Shown here in pieces: positions 39,590-50,054 of a DNA stretch of 64,000 nt. Location: positions 44,640,001 through 44,704,000 of the forward strand of contig OZ024748.1 in assembly GCA_964016885.1 (NCBI GenBank), read 5' to 3'. The notes under the pieces are model-generated. The model did not search any database and was not told the DNA's origin. It saw nothing but the letters and a program-made list of their open reading frames with translations. Position numbers and translations under genes: made by a program. Each line of letters begins with the position of its first letter. Position 1 is the first letter of the stretch. Source of the DNA: Eledone cirrhosa. Taxonomy: Eukaryota.

Positions 39590-42500
39590 CTACAGGCTGA
39601 TATAGAGAGAAGACCCATTCACTCTGGCCATTCTCCCTACTTTCACCCACCTTTCATAAAACTTGCTGGGGTAGAGCACCTCTCTCTCCATTCTGATCCT
39701 TCTTTTAAAATGGTATTTGAAAAAGGGGACCAGTTGTTGGCCGGAGAGAAAGGTGTCTGACCTCAGCCCTTTCAGCCTCGTCCACCATACAACTTCTTTA
39801 GCCATGGCTACCACACAGAGAAAAACCGCCTCTCCTTCGTTTTTGAAAGGGGGAGGCGGTTTGATCGTGACAATGGACTCGGTGGTCAACCGGATTGGTC
39901 CCACCCTCGACAGTAGTCGTTCCACATAGCCCCACAGGTCAGCAATGCCTGGGCAGTGTACGAATGCGTGCGCAACGGTTTCGTCATCATGCACGCATCT
40001 CGGACAGATCTTATTCAAAGGATCTCTACCCAGGCTCCCATGCCTGTGGAGCTTGTCTCGAACGGGTAGAGCCCCTCGGTAGCACTGCCAAGCCAGGGAC
40101 TTTTGGAAGTTGTCCATCGGTCCAGGGCCAAACGTCCTACCGAACAGACTGGCCAGTTCATCTTCCTCCATGCCTAGAGCTTCTCCGAGAGCATCGTCGC
40201 ACCTGCTGCGTACCAACCCTCTATAGAATGTCGACGTGGAGTCTCCACTGATTGCCGGGTCCGCTTTCCAGAGGGCCGTGAGCGCCTGGGCACATTCAAT
40301 GTGCCAGTCGCCCACTTTTCTCGGTCTTTGCTTGACCCAGGATTGCAGCTCGGTGAGCGAGACGAGTCTGGGAAAGGCTCGCCTCACAAACGGGGCCCAC
40401 ACCGGTTGACCGGTGAGGAATACCTGGAGGTGCCGTAGCCTTAATGCGTGTTTACGCATCTGTAGCCACGGCATCCCCAGCCCTCCTTTCGAAGGGTGTT
40501 GACAGCAGATGGATCTCCTCACCAAAGGGGTCCGCTTGTTCCAAAGAAATTGGAACAGCGCGCACTCCATTTTGGCGAGTCTTTTCACTGGGCAAGGCAC
40601 GACGGTCAAGCGGTAGTAGATGACGGATGCTATATAAGTATTCGCCACCTCCGCTCGACCTTTCAGGGATAGTTTGCACTGGGCCCACTTCTGGGTGAGT
40701 GCAAACACCCTGGCCGTTACCTCGTTCCAGTTTTTCTCCACCTGGAGGTCTGGTCCGAACCAGACCCCAAGCAGCTTCACCGGGCCCTCCGTCCAGCGTC
40801 CGACGACGTCGTTGGAGGGCATCGGTTTGCCTCTCCATGTTCCGAGTTGCAAACCGACGGACTTGTCCCGGTTCAGCTTGGCTCCTGTAAACCTTTCATA
40901 TTCCTCCAGTAAGGTGCCGATCTCACCGATTTGCGAGGTTTTCGACACCATTACTGTCACGTCATCGGCGTAGGCCGACGCCGCTTTCTGCAATCCCGGT
41001 TCCAAAGGGATGCCCTGCAACCGCTCCAACTTCCGCAGTAGTGGCTCAAGAGCCAGCACATACAGAAGGGAGGAGAGAGGGCATCCCTGTCGGATGGATC
41101 GCATGATTTGGAACGGCTCCGAGAGGTGGCCGTTCACCTTGACCCTTGAGCAGACGTTGCTGCTGTGCATCGCAGCAATCCAACCCCTGAAAACGGGTCC
41201 GAAGCCTGCCGCCGCGAGCACCGCATCCAGGTAACGATGGTCAACCCTATCGAAAGCTTTAGATTGATCCAAGTTGATCAGGGCCCCACCAAAGCCGGGT
41301 TCATTCCCTACCCTCTCTATGATGTATCGCATAAGGTGGAGATTGTCGTGAATGGACCTGGACGGGATTGCGCATGTCTGCGCTTCTCCCACCAGGTTTC
41401 CAACGACAAGCGCCAACCTCTTCGCTAACACCTTGGCCAAAATCTTTAACTCTGTATTTAGCAGAGTTATGGGCCTGAAGTTACTTATGTCATCCCCCTT
41501 GTTCTCATCCTTCCTCACCAGCGTAACTACGCCCTTGGTCACAGAACTGGGAATTCTCCCGTTCTGCTGCCAGTTGCAGTAGACCGCTTCGAGGATATCG
41601 GAGAACAAGTCCGGCATTGCTACATATAGCTCGTATGGTAGACCATCGAGACCCGGGGATTTGCGTTTGCCGCATTGGCTCAGCGCCGCCCCTATCTCAG
41701 CAGCTGAAATCGTCCTTTCGCAGGACTTCGCCTCCGCGTCCGAGAGGCGCGGCAGACCGTCGAGGTATGGATTGAAATCCATAGTCTCACCCGGCGCGCC
41801 GCCCCTCTCGAACAGTCGTGCAAAGTGCCGCTGAAAGGCCGCACACATCTGCCCAGGTTCAAGGATCACACGCCCATCCTGGTTCTTCAAAGACCGAATC
41901 GTGGACTTGTTCCCACTTTTTGCCTCTGTCACTCGGGCCCAGCTTACAGCTTTGGCTCCCTCATTACCCAGAGCACGTATTTTACTTCTGACAACGCAGC
42001 CTTCATGCTTCACCTCAAAGAACTGGTCTAAGGCCATTCTTGATGCCAGCACGCCGGCTACATTGCCACTCCTAATCGCCTCTTCTACTCTATCTACTAA
42101 TTCCCTTTCCGTCTTGTTCCTATCCCTTGCTAATTCCTGACTAAAACCTATCGATTCTATTCTAATTGCTCTCTTAAGAGAGCTCCACCACCTGTTGTTG
42201 ACAATTGCCCCTGTCAAACTCTGCTTAACTAACGTGCTAATCCGTTTACTGTAAGCTTTGCTTCTCGGTAAGGACAAGTTCAGCTTCCAGTAACCGGGTC
42301 CCTGTCTATGGGTTCTATCAAGGTTGGCTATGCAGGTCACTAACTTGTGATCCGAATAGTCAACCATGAACATTTTTGGACAGCTAAATGTGTCCCTATC
42401 GTTCTCTCTAACTAGGACCCTATCTAGGTACGACCTAGATGTTCCACTGCGATTGGTCCACGTCCATAGTGGTACAGTCGGAAAATCTAGTCGATATCTA

Positions 42501-43027
42501 TCGGCCAGGTCAAATCGGCCGATTAACCTTTTGAGGCTTTTACACCCCCCTCTATTGGCACATGCCCCTACATAGTCCCAACGTGCATCCAGGATACCAT
42601 TCCAGTCCCCCACTAAAAGCAAGGAGCGGGACGTTCCCAGAAAAGTTTCCAGACGTTGGAAGTATTCCGGCCGCGCTGCCCAAAAAGGGGCGTACACAGC
42701 TATTAGTCTAAGGGCTCCACTTTCACTACTGCCGACGTCTAAAACCACCAGTCGACCCTCCGGGTCCAGGTGCACCTTCTGTATGGCGAGGCCCAGGTGT
42801 TTTCGCAGCAGAACGACAACTCCACCCCCACCCCCCGGTTGACAGAGAGATGCGAAGATCTCAAAGTCGTCGAAGAGGGGCGCCAGTTGGTGCTCGCTGC
42901 TGATCCTGGACTCGCAAATAGCCATTACATCCATTCTATGCGACCTGAGATCGTTTAAAAGTTTGCCTTGTTTCCAAGACAGTCCCAGGCCACGTACATT
43001 CAGACACCCAACTCTTATATCAGCCAT
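39590..43027 (-). CDS. Tx1-type ORF2: APE endonuclease, reverse transcriptase and C-terminal CCHC zinc finger (1145 aa)
   Basis: GCLNVRGL, LVGDWN, SYLDRVL, SDHKLV, GYWKLN; KSPGLDGLPYE, FRPITLLN, LDQSKAFDRVDH, IRQGCPLS, AYADDV, LLGVWF; CPRC...HAFVHC. Confidence 0.95.
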   Translation of the reverse strand: MADIRVGCLNVRGLGLSWKQGKLLNDLRSHRMDVMAICESRISSEHQLAPLFDDFEIFASLCQPGGGGGVVVLLRKHLGLAIQKVHLDPEGRLVVLDVGSSESGALRLIAVYAPFWAARPEYFQRLETFLGTSRSLLLVGDWNGILDARWDYVGACANRGGCKSLKRLIGRFDLADRYRLDFPTVPLWTWTNRSGTSRSYLDRVLVRENDRDTFSCPKMFMVDYSDHKLVTCIANLDRTHRQGPGYWKLNLSLPRSKAYSKRISTLVKQSLTGAIVNNRWWSSLKRAIRIESIGFSQELARDRNKTERELVDRVEEAIRSGNVAGVLASRMALDQFFEVKHEGCVVRSKIRALGNEGAKAVSWARVTEAKSGNKSTIRSLKNQDGRVILEPGQMCAAFQRHFARLFERGGAPGETMDFNPYLDGLPRLSDAEAKSCERTISAAEIGAALSQCGKRKSPGLDGLPYELYVAMPDLFSDILEAVYCNWQQNGRIPSSVTKGVVTLVRKDENKGDDISNFRPITLLNTELKILAKVLAKRLALVVGNLVGEAQTCAIPSRSIHDNLHLMRYIIERVGNEPGFGGALINLDQSKAFDRVDHRYLDAVLAAAGFGPVFRGWIAAMHSSNVCSRVKVNGHLSEPFQIMRSIRQGCPLSSLLYVLALEPLLRKLERLQGIPLEPGLQKAASAYADDVTVMVSKTSQIGEIGTLLEEYERFTGAKLNRDKSVGLQLGTWRGKPMPSNDVVGRWTEGPVKLLGVWFGPDLQVEKNWNEVTARVFALTQKWAQCKLSLKGRAEVANTYIASVIYYRLTVVPCPVKRLAKMECALFQFLWNKRTPLVRRSICCQHPSKGGLGMPWLQMRKHALRLRHLQVFLTGQPVWAPFVRRAFPRLVSLTELQSWVKQRPRKVGDWHIECAQALTALWKADPAISGDSTSTFYRGLVRSRCDDALGEALGMEEDELASLFGRTFGPGPMDNFQKSLAWQCYRGALPVRDKLHRHGSLGRDPLNKICPRCVHDDETVAHAFVHCPGIADLWGYVERLLSRVGPIRLTTESIVTIKPPPPFKNEGEAVFLCVVAMAKEVVWWTRLKGLRSDTFLSGQQLVPFFKYHFKRRIRMEREVLYPSKFYERWVKVGRMARVNGSSLYISL

Positions 43028-43048
43028 GTTGGTTAAAAGAGGAAGGAC

Positions 43049-44791
43049 CTACCTGTTCGGCTCCTGAGGAGCAGGTTGCACAATATCCATGGGCGTATTG
43101 GAGGGGTTGTTTGGTGGGGTGTTGTTCTGTGGTGGAGTGGGGGTGTTTGGTGAGGTGTGGGTGGGGAAACGTTTCAAGAGGACGCGGTTATAGGGTCGAG
43201 TACATGTTTTCCCCACGTCCTCAGGAAAGTTCTCTCTTAGTTTTGCATAGGTGTCCATTGGGAGTCTTATCATTTTTAAATGCGGTTTGTTGGCCGCGCT
43301 TGCAAAGAATTGTCCTTCAGTTTCCACCAAAGGGTCTTTGTGTATTGTTTTTACTAGTTCTTTGTTATTTGTGTTAATGTATGTATACTGTTTTATTTGT
43401 GTTGTGTTTGTTTGTTGTTCTTGTGTGTGCTTACGTTTTGTTGTATGTGTTATGTTTTGGGGTGGGGCGGATTTTGTTTGTTCTGTTTGTTTTGTTTTTG
43501 TTGGTGGTTGTGTGTTTGTTTCGTTTATGTTCGAGTGGTGCTTTCTTTTTTTCCTTTTTACAGGTTGGAAGGGTTCCCCCTCTTCGTCACTAGGTGCCGT
43601 TTCCGCTGGGTCCTCGTCCGTGCTGTCGGGTAGTGGTGTATTTTGGGGTTTTGTTGTATTTGTGTGTGTTTTGGGAGTTGTTTTGGGTGGGGCCGTGTCT
43701 TGTGTTATTTTTCCCTGTTGTTTTTGTTGTTGTTGTGGTGGTGGTGGTGGAGGTGGTGGTGGTGGTGGTGGTGGCGGTGGTGGTGTGTGGGGTGTAGGCA
43801 AAAGAGCCTTTTTTTTTGTCAATTGAGGACAAGCAGCCCTTAGATGACCCCTGCTTGAACAGTAGTAACATATGGGCCTCCTACCCTCGGCTGAAATATA
43901 TATAAATGTTTCTCCATCGAGGGACACCCTCTGTGGTATTCTAGCGATTCGTTCTGGTCTCATTTGGACCAGAACCTCCACGCTCAAACCGCCGAAAACG
44001 TCTGTGGTGACTTCTCCTACTGAGAGGATTCCGTCCTCGTCTTCTAAAAATCCTGTTAGTACCCAGGAAATGCATGCATTTGGCCGGATTCCGGAGACCC
44101 TTATCTTCTGCGTTCTTTTCCCTAAATATGTGGGGAAAAATGTATATATCTTGGAAACAATTGGTGCCACAGAGTATTTCCTGGCCGTCAATTGATCCTT
44201 CATTAGGACCGTTATATTCCCATAGAGTGGCCCTTTTTGTATGAACGATATATCACTCCACACATTTTTTAGGACCAGCTCAATCTCTTTTTGGGATAAT
44301 TGAGTTGGTTTCCTTGTTATGTTGGAAATTGTTCTGAAAGATATCGTTCTTAGCGTCGTGTCTCTTTTGATTTCTTGTGGGGAGGTGATTGTGAAGTCTC
44401 CTCCTTCTTTGAAAGTTACATACTGTTTCGCTTCCTTCATCTTTTCTCTCAGAGTTGTAATGTCCAGTTGCTTGCAGGTTTGTGTTTTCCGGACCGCCTG
44501 TGCAAAGGAGGTACCAGTAGTGGGTTCACTTTGTTTGGTGTTATCGTTATTTTTTCCTTGGTTGGTGTTGTGACTATTGCTGTTATTGTCGTTGATGTTT
44601 TTGTCTGCGTTTATGTGACTTTCTGGGTTTTCACCCATTTCTACAAATTTTTCTTTTAATTCCGTGTTCCATGTTTCTTTTGCAGAAGTGAGGAGGGAAG
44701 ACTTAGAGCCTTGTGCTTCTAGCTTCTCTGTATCACCTTTCTTAGGGGGCGTGGCTTTCACGTTAGGATGAGATGTGAAAATTCCGTCCAT
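43049..44791 (-). CDS. Tx1-type ORF1 (gag-like nucleic-acid-binding protein, ~580 aa from the first ATG)
   Basis: Zinc knuckle CYYCSSRGHLRAAC (CX2CX4HX4C), poly-Pro/Gln linker, basic KRKKRK; positioned upstream of ORF2. The track start at 44884 is a non-ATG codon. Confidence 0.88.
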   Translation of the reverse strand: MDGIFTSHPNVKATPPKKGDTEKLEAQGSKSSLLTSAKETWNTELKEKFVEMGENPESHINADKNINDNNSNSHNTNQGKNNDNTKQSEPTTGTSFAQAVRKTQTCKQLDITTLREKMKEAKQYVTFKEGGDFTITSPQEIKRDTTLRTISFRTISNITRKPTQLSQKEIELVLKNVWSDISFIQKGPLYGNITVLMKDQLTARKYSVAPIVSKIYTFFPTYLGKRTQKIRVSGIRPNACISWVLTGFLEDEDGILSVGEVTTDVFGGLSVEVLVQMRPERIARIPQRVSLDGETFIYISAEGRRPICYYCSSRGHLRAACPQLTKKKALLPTPHTPPPPPPPPPPPPPPPPQQQQKQQGKITQDTAPPKTTPKTHTNTTKPQNTPLPDSTDEDPAETAPSDEEGEPFQPVKRKKRKHHSNINETNTQPPTKTKQTEQTKSAPPQNITHTTKRKHTQEQQTNTTQIKQYTYINTNNKELVKTIHKDPLVETEGQFFASAANKPHLKMIRLPMDTYAKLRENFPEDVGKTCTRPYNRVLLKRFPTHTSPNTPTPPQNNTPPNNPSNTPMDIVQPAPQEPNR

Positions 44792-45232
44792 TTCTATTAG
44801 TTTGCCGTAATAAATTTTTAACTGGAAAATTCGCCCCAAAAAGGGGCGAAAATAAATAAACTCAAAGTTTGACGACCAAGGCAAGGGGTTAACGTATATT
44901 ACAGTATAAAAAATTAATCAAAACTCACTTTTTGAGTAAGTAAATCCGACTCGGTAGCCGAGCTTGTTCACACACGTCAACACACGTCTCTCGTATACGA
45001 GATGTTATGTGAGATATTATGTGAGGTAAAGCCTTTACTGTGAAAATATAATAGTAAATATAGAGTAATGTAAATGTTATGTGAGATATTATGTGAGGTA
45101 AAGCCTTTACCATGAAAATATAATAGTATATATAGAGTAATGTAAATGGTATGTGAGATATTATGTAAGGTAAAGCCTTTACCATGAAAATATAATAGTA
45201 TATATAGAGTAATGTAAATGGTAAAGTGTTAA

Positions 45233-45392
45233 CCATCTCAGCAAACAATCCCTGAAGGACTGGCTGCTTTCCTTACCTTTTCTTAATCACATTATCTACC
45301 ATACTGCTGCCAACTTTGATGGCGGGCCTCTCTATTGGGTCTACATAGAATATCCCTGTATTCTCCCATACATTCTCATTTAGCAACCTTTG
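45233..45392 (-). pseudogene. Upstream part of the old RTE relic
   Basis: Minus strand reads RLLNENVWE...GKAASPSGIV/AEM, which precedes the 38093 segment in RTE proteins. Confidence 0.7.
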
Positions 45393-45450
45393 TAATATGT
45401 CTGTGTCCATATATTATTTATACATATATATGTGCAAAACACTATGTATG

Positions 45451-45491
<41 letters not shown>

Positions 45492-45497
<6 letters not shown>

Positions 45498-46062
45498 ATG
45501 AAAGACGATAGCTGTATAACAAAGTGCAGGGCAATAAAGATAGACGGTAGCCACGGAATAGGCAGACCCAGAAAAACATGGGACGAGCTGATAAATTCCG
45601 ACCTCACACGCTTACACCTCTCCAAGACAATGTCACTGGACCGAGACCTTTGGCGGTACTCAGTAATAGAGAAGACCCGCCTTACCTAAATACAAAGTAA
45701 AAACCTACTACAGTCAGTAGGCATCTCTAACAAAATACACCCCGTCCCACCACCACCACCCCATCCACACCGCCCCTTTCAATGTAAAGTTATGTTGGTC
45801 CCACAACATCCAGGCCGAAACAAATGAGATCGTGTAGGTGTCACGAAAAAAAAAACACACAGTCCACGCTGTAAATGTGGCCGTGTAGGCAACACGGTAA
45901 AAACCTCCCAGCCCCACACTGTAAATGTGGTTGGTGTTAGGAAGGGCATCCAGCTGTAGAAAACCCGCCAGACAGTCCTATGCGAGCAAGACAACCACTC
46001 TTGCCTCAAGTGGGAAAACCCCCGTCCAAACCCATGCAAGCGTGGAACACGGACGCTAAACC

Positions 46063-46092
<30 letters not shown>
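45492..46092 (+). mobile_element. 5'-truncated young RTE copy (last ~65 codons, 3' UTR and GAT tail)
   Basis: MRMKDDSCITKCRAIKIDGSHG(I/V)GRPRKTW...KTRLT, nearly identical to 2118-2818. Confidence 0.9.
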
Positions 46093-46093
<1 letters not shown>

Positions 46094-46107
46094 ATATATA
46101 TATATAC

Positions 46108-46547
46108 ATACTGTAAATGTGGTTGGAGTTAGGAAGGGCATCCAGCTGTAGAGACCAAGTCAGAAACAGTTCTGTATGAACAAGACAGTCACTGGATCTA
46201 ACTTGTCTCAAAATGGGACAACTCGTCTAACCCATGCTAGCAAGGAAAATGGATGTTAAATGGTGATGATGATGATGCAAAAAATATGCATACATACATA
46301 CATTATCATCACAGTTTTACGTCCATTCTTCCATGCTAGCATGGGTTAGAAAGGTTGTCCTGTTGTGGGCAGTGTCCGGTTCGCTGACCTTGTCTTGCTC
46401 ATATGGGAAGTGAATCTGGCTTGATTTCTACAGCTGGATGCCCTTCCTAACACCAACCTCATTTACAGTGAGTGCTGGGTGCTTTTATTTCGTGGCACCT
46501 ACATGACCACTTTACAGTGTGGGCTGGGTGCTATTTTGCCATGGCAC

Positions 46548-46609
<62 letters not shown>

Positions 46610-47185
46610 AAAAAATGGGGAGAAGAATACTGCAGGTTGCACATCGATAACATGTAATAAAATAAGTCCCTCATCAGTAATTTGCCGACGATCATAGATA
46701 TTTCATTGCATTAAAAATCATATACCTCACGTCGGTGCAATAATAACTAAATTAAGTTGTGCCATGGCAAAATAGCATATATATATATATATATATCATC
46801 ATCATCATCATCATCATCAGGTTTAGCGTCCGTGTTCCACGCTTGCATGGGTTTGGACGGGGGTTTTCCCACTTGAGGCAAGAGTGGTTGTCTTGCTCGC
46901 ATAGGACTGTCTGGCGGGTTTTCTACAGTTGGATGCCCTTCCTAACACCAACCACCTTTACAGTGTGGGGCTGGGAGGTTTTTACCGTGTTGCCTACACG
47001 GCCACATTACAGCGTGGACTGTCTGGCGGGTTTTCTACAGCTGGATGCCCTTCCTAACACCAACCACATTTACAGTGTGGGGCTGGGAGGTTTTTACTGT
47101 GTTGCCTACACGGCCACATTTACAGCGTGGACTGTGTGTTTTTTGTCGTGACACCTACACGATCTCATTTGTTTCGGCCTGGATG
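46108..47185. mobile_element. Cluster of RTE-tail fragments in both orientations (46108-46276 +, 46300-46545 -, 46797-47185 -)
   Basis: Shared tail motif and (GAT)/(CAT)n ends. Confidence 0.75.
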
Positions 47186-47252
<67 letters not shown>

Positions 47253-47467
47253 TAATTGAAGATATATATATATACAAATTAATTGAAGATATATATATAT
47301 ATACAAATTAATTGAATATATATATATGCACAACTATAAATATACATATGAGGATGTTCAAACAATACCAGTTTTGTTCAATGAAGGAATTAACAAAAAT
47401 CAATTTATCAGAGAATATCAAAGTAAATAGGTAAAGATTTATTTATCTTGTTTACTTTTCCCAAATA

Positions 47468-47502
<35 letters not shown>

Positions 47503-47588
47503 AATGCAAGTTTAGACAAGGATGATGATGATTAAAATATTTAATGAACAGGAACATTTTGCTATTATATATACACAAACACACAATA

Positions 47589-47619
<31 letters not shown>

Positions 47620-47857
47620 GTGGAGAGAGATTATATAGTACCAAAATAACTCATTTCATATAAAGCTACTTGGTTAATACACACACCTGACAAACACACA
47701 CACACACCTGACAAACACACACATACATCTGACAAGCACACACATACATCTGACAAACACACATACACACTGTCCGAGCAACAACAAATAAAAAAGATTA
47801 TATATATTTTAATCACTCCACATACCTTGTATTATGTAAGCTATATGTGTGTGTGTA

Positions 47858-47907
<50 letters not shown>

Positions 47908-48210
47908 TACACACCAATTTCTTCTATAAATACACACATTTAGATAACTACAAACATAAATATATATATATTAACAAACATACACATACATAGCACATAT
48001 ACATACACATACATGTATAATAAACATAGATTATGTATATACACATGTACACATATAGAACAGTTACGTAAATATATATATCCTGTGAAAACCATGCTAG
48101 CATGGAAAAATGGAAAATGGATGTTAAACAGTGATGATGATGATGATGATATACATAATTATACATGTATAATATACATGTATAATAAACATACATTATG
48201 TATATACAGC

Positions 48211-48470
48211 AATCCCGCCGAGGTTGACTTTGCCTTTCATCCTTGCGGGGTCGATAAAATAAAGTACCAGTAATGCACTGGATAATTGCTGGCCTTGTGC
48301 CAAAGGTAGAAACAATTATGTATATACAGCAAAGAGTTACGGCCCTTTATGATCTGAGTTCAAATCCCGCCAAGGTTAACTTTGCCTTTCATCCTTACGG
48401 GGTCGATAAAATAAAGTACCAGTAATGCACTGGGATAATTGCTGGCCTTGTGCCAAACGTAGAAACAATT
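48211..48470 (+). mobile_element. Two tandem partial SINE family A copies (a further partial copy at 51113-51220)
   Basis: aatcccgccgaggttgactttgcctttcatcctt...gtagaaacaatta. Confidence 0.75.
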
Positions 48471-48481
48471 ATGTATATACA

Positions 48482-48544
<63 letters not shown>

Positions 48545-48989
48545 CAGTGTTTACCAAAGCAAGCTCCACGAAAGAATTCTATGGTTCGGTGAGAGATAAG
48601 GTGTCTTAATAAAATTTGATAAAACCATATTATGTTTTTACTTTATATATACAGATTTTCTACTTATAACAATTTTCTGCTTTATTTTAATGTTTTGGTG
48701 GGGATTGCCTATAGAATATAGATATAGGTCTTTTAATTCTTGGCATGATTTCTCCCGAATGAAACAGTCCTAGTTCTGTAGAAGCCATTTCTATATTAAA
48801 TATTTATACTCTGCTATGTATTGAGTACCTTACTTACTGTGGTTACCCCCAATTGAACCAGACACACACACATATATATATATAAGTTTATCCCGGGTAA
48901 CCACAGTAAGTAAGATACTCAATACAAAGCAGAGTATAAATATTTAATATAGAAATGGCTTCTACAGGACTAGAACTGTTTCATTCAGG

Positions 48990-49038
48990 GCTTCCTGATG
49001 ATTTCTCCCGAATCAAACAGTTCTAGTCCTGTAGAAGC
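48990..49038 (+). ncRNA. Type I hammerhead motif (GAAA mutated to CAAA here; intact GAAA in the partial copies at 48744-48785 + and 48957-48987 -)
   Basis: gcttc CTGATGA tttctcccgaat [g/c]AAA cag-ttctagtc-ctg TA gaagc. Confidence 0.6.
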
Positions 49039-49596
49039 CTTTTCTATATTATATATATATTTATATATATATATATATATATACATACACACACATATAT
49101 ATATCTAACCCATGCTAGCATGGAAGATGGACGTTAAACGAAGATGATGATGATGATGATATATACACATACATACACACACAGATTTTTGGAAAATCAT
49201 ATAGGGGTTTTGTGACAAAATCAGTTAGAGAAGTTCTGTTATTGGACAGTGATTCCCAATGAGGGTTCCGAGGAAGCCTAGGAATCCCCCCCCCCCCCCA
49301 CCAAATATTTTGGAGGTTTAACAAGACAAGGTGTCTTAATATAATTTAAAAAAAAAATAAAATTTAATATATTTTGTTAATGTGAATAAATTTTTCTATG
49401 TAAAATAAATAATTTTTCATTTCATTCATTGTCTGATTTTAAAATTCAAGTAATTGGATATTGTTTGTAGAATATAGATGTAGGTTCCATGATTCTTGGA
49501 AAATCCCATAATGGTGGTATGGTGGTTCCCTGACAAAATTGGTATGGGAACTACTGTTGATATTATATACGAGGAAGACTTGTATATAATATTTAA

Positions 49597-49770
49597 CCCT
49601 TTAGCATTCACATTACTCTATATTTTCTATCATATTTTCATGGTGAAGACTTTATCTCACATAATATTGAATCTATGAGATTTTGATATTATTTATTTTG
49701 AGAACAATACCTTAACATCAGTATGAGTGGCCAGTTACAGCCGGATATGGCCGGTTTAAATGCTAAAGGG
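49597..49770 (+). mobile_element. Minimal 174-bp piggyBac-like MITE
   Basis: TTAA|CCCTTTAGCATT ... AATGCTAAAGGG|TTAA. Confidence 0.88.
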
Positions 49771-50054
49771 TTAACAGGAGTATAGAGAGTAGATATGAAG
49801 TACCATAGTATATTCTGAGTATATCTGATGAGACAGTTTAACAACCGTTGAGTAAAAGACAGAGTATCAAGGAGTACCACAACACAGAAGGAGTATAGTA
49901 AATACACATGAAGTACTCACATGTAGCAGTTACTGTTGACTAGCATTATTTGATACTCTGAGTACCGACCATACATGAAGTATTGTCAGCAGACATTAAA
50001 TACTCCATGTGTTGGTAGTTAATGACATAAGGAGTACCTATTAGAGGGTAAGGA

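Larger units (their letters stand above)
39353..45001 (-). mobile_element. Full-length L1/Tx1-clade non-LTR retrotransposon (~5.65 kb)
   Basis: Two intact ORFs separated by 21 nt, 5' and 3' UTRs, sharp junctions with the minisatellite, visibly GC-richer than its flanks; AATAAA just before the 3' end. Confidence 0.92.
38098..45228 (-). mobile_element. piggyBac-like MITE with 72-bp tandem array (about 16 units at 38219-39352 plus 3 at 45002-45220), hosting a full-length Tx1 LINE
   Basis: TTAA at 38094-38097 and 45229-45232; degenerate TIRs gcctttagcattta / taaatggtaaagtg; same structure as 10707-11647. Confidence 0.8.

Noticed and set aside
39717-44659. Multiple plus-strand ORFs within the LINE
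   Set aside because: Antisense shadows of GC-rich ORF1/ORF2 with no recognisable motifs.
39353-45001. GC-richer segment as contamination or a bacterial/viral insert
   Set aside because: Canonical LINE domain order and clean junctions within a host minisatellite explain it.
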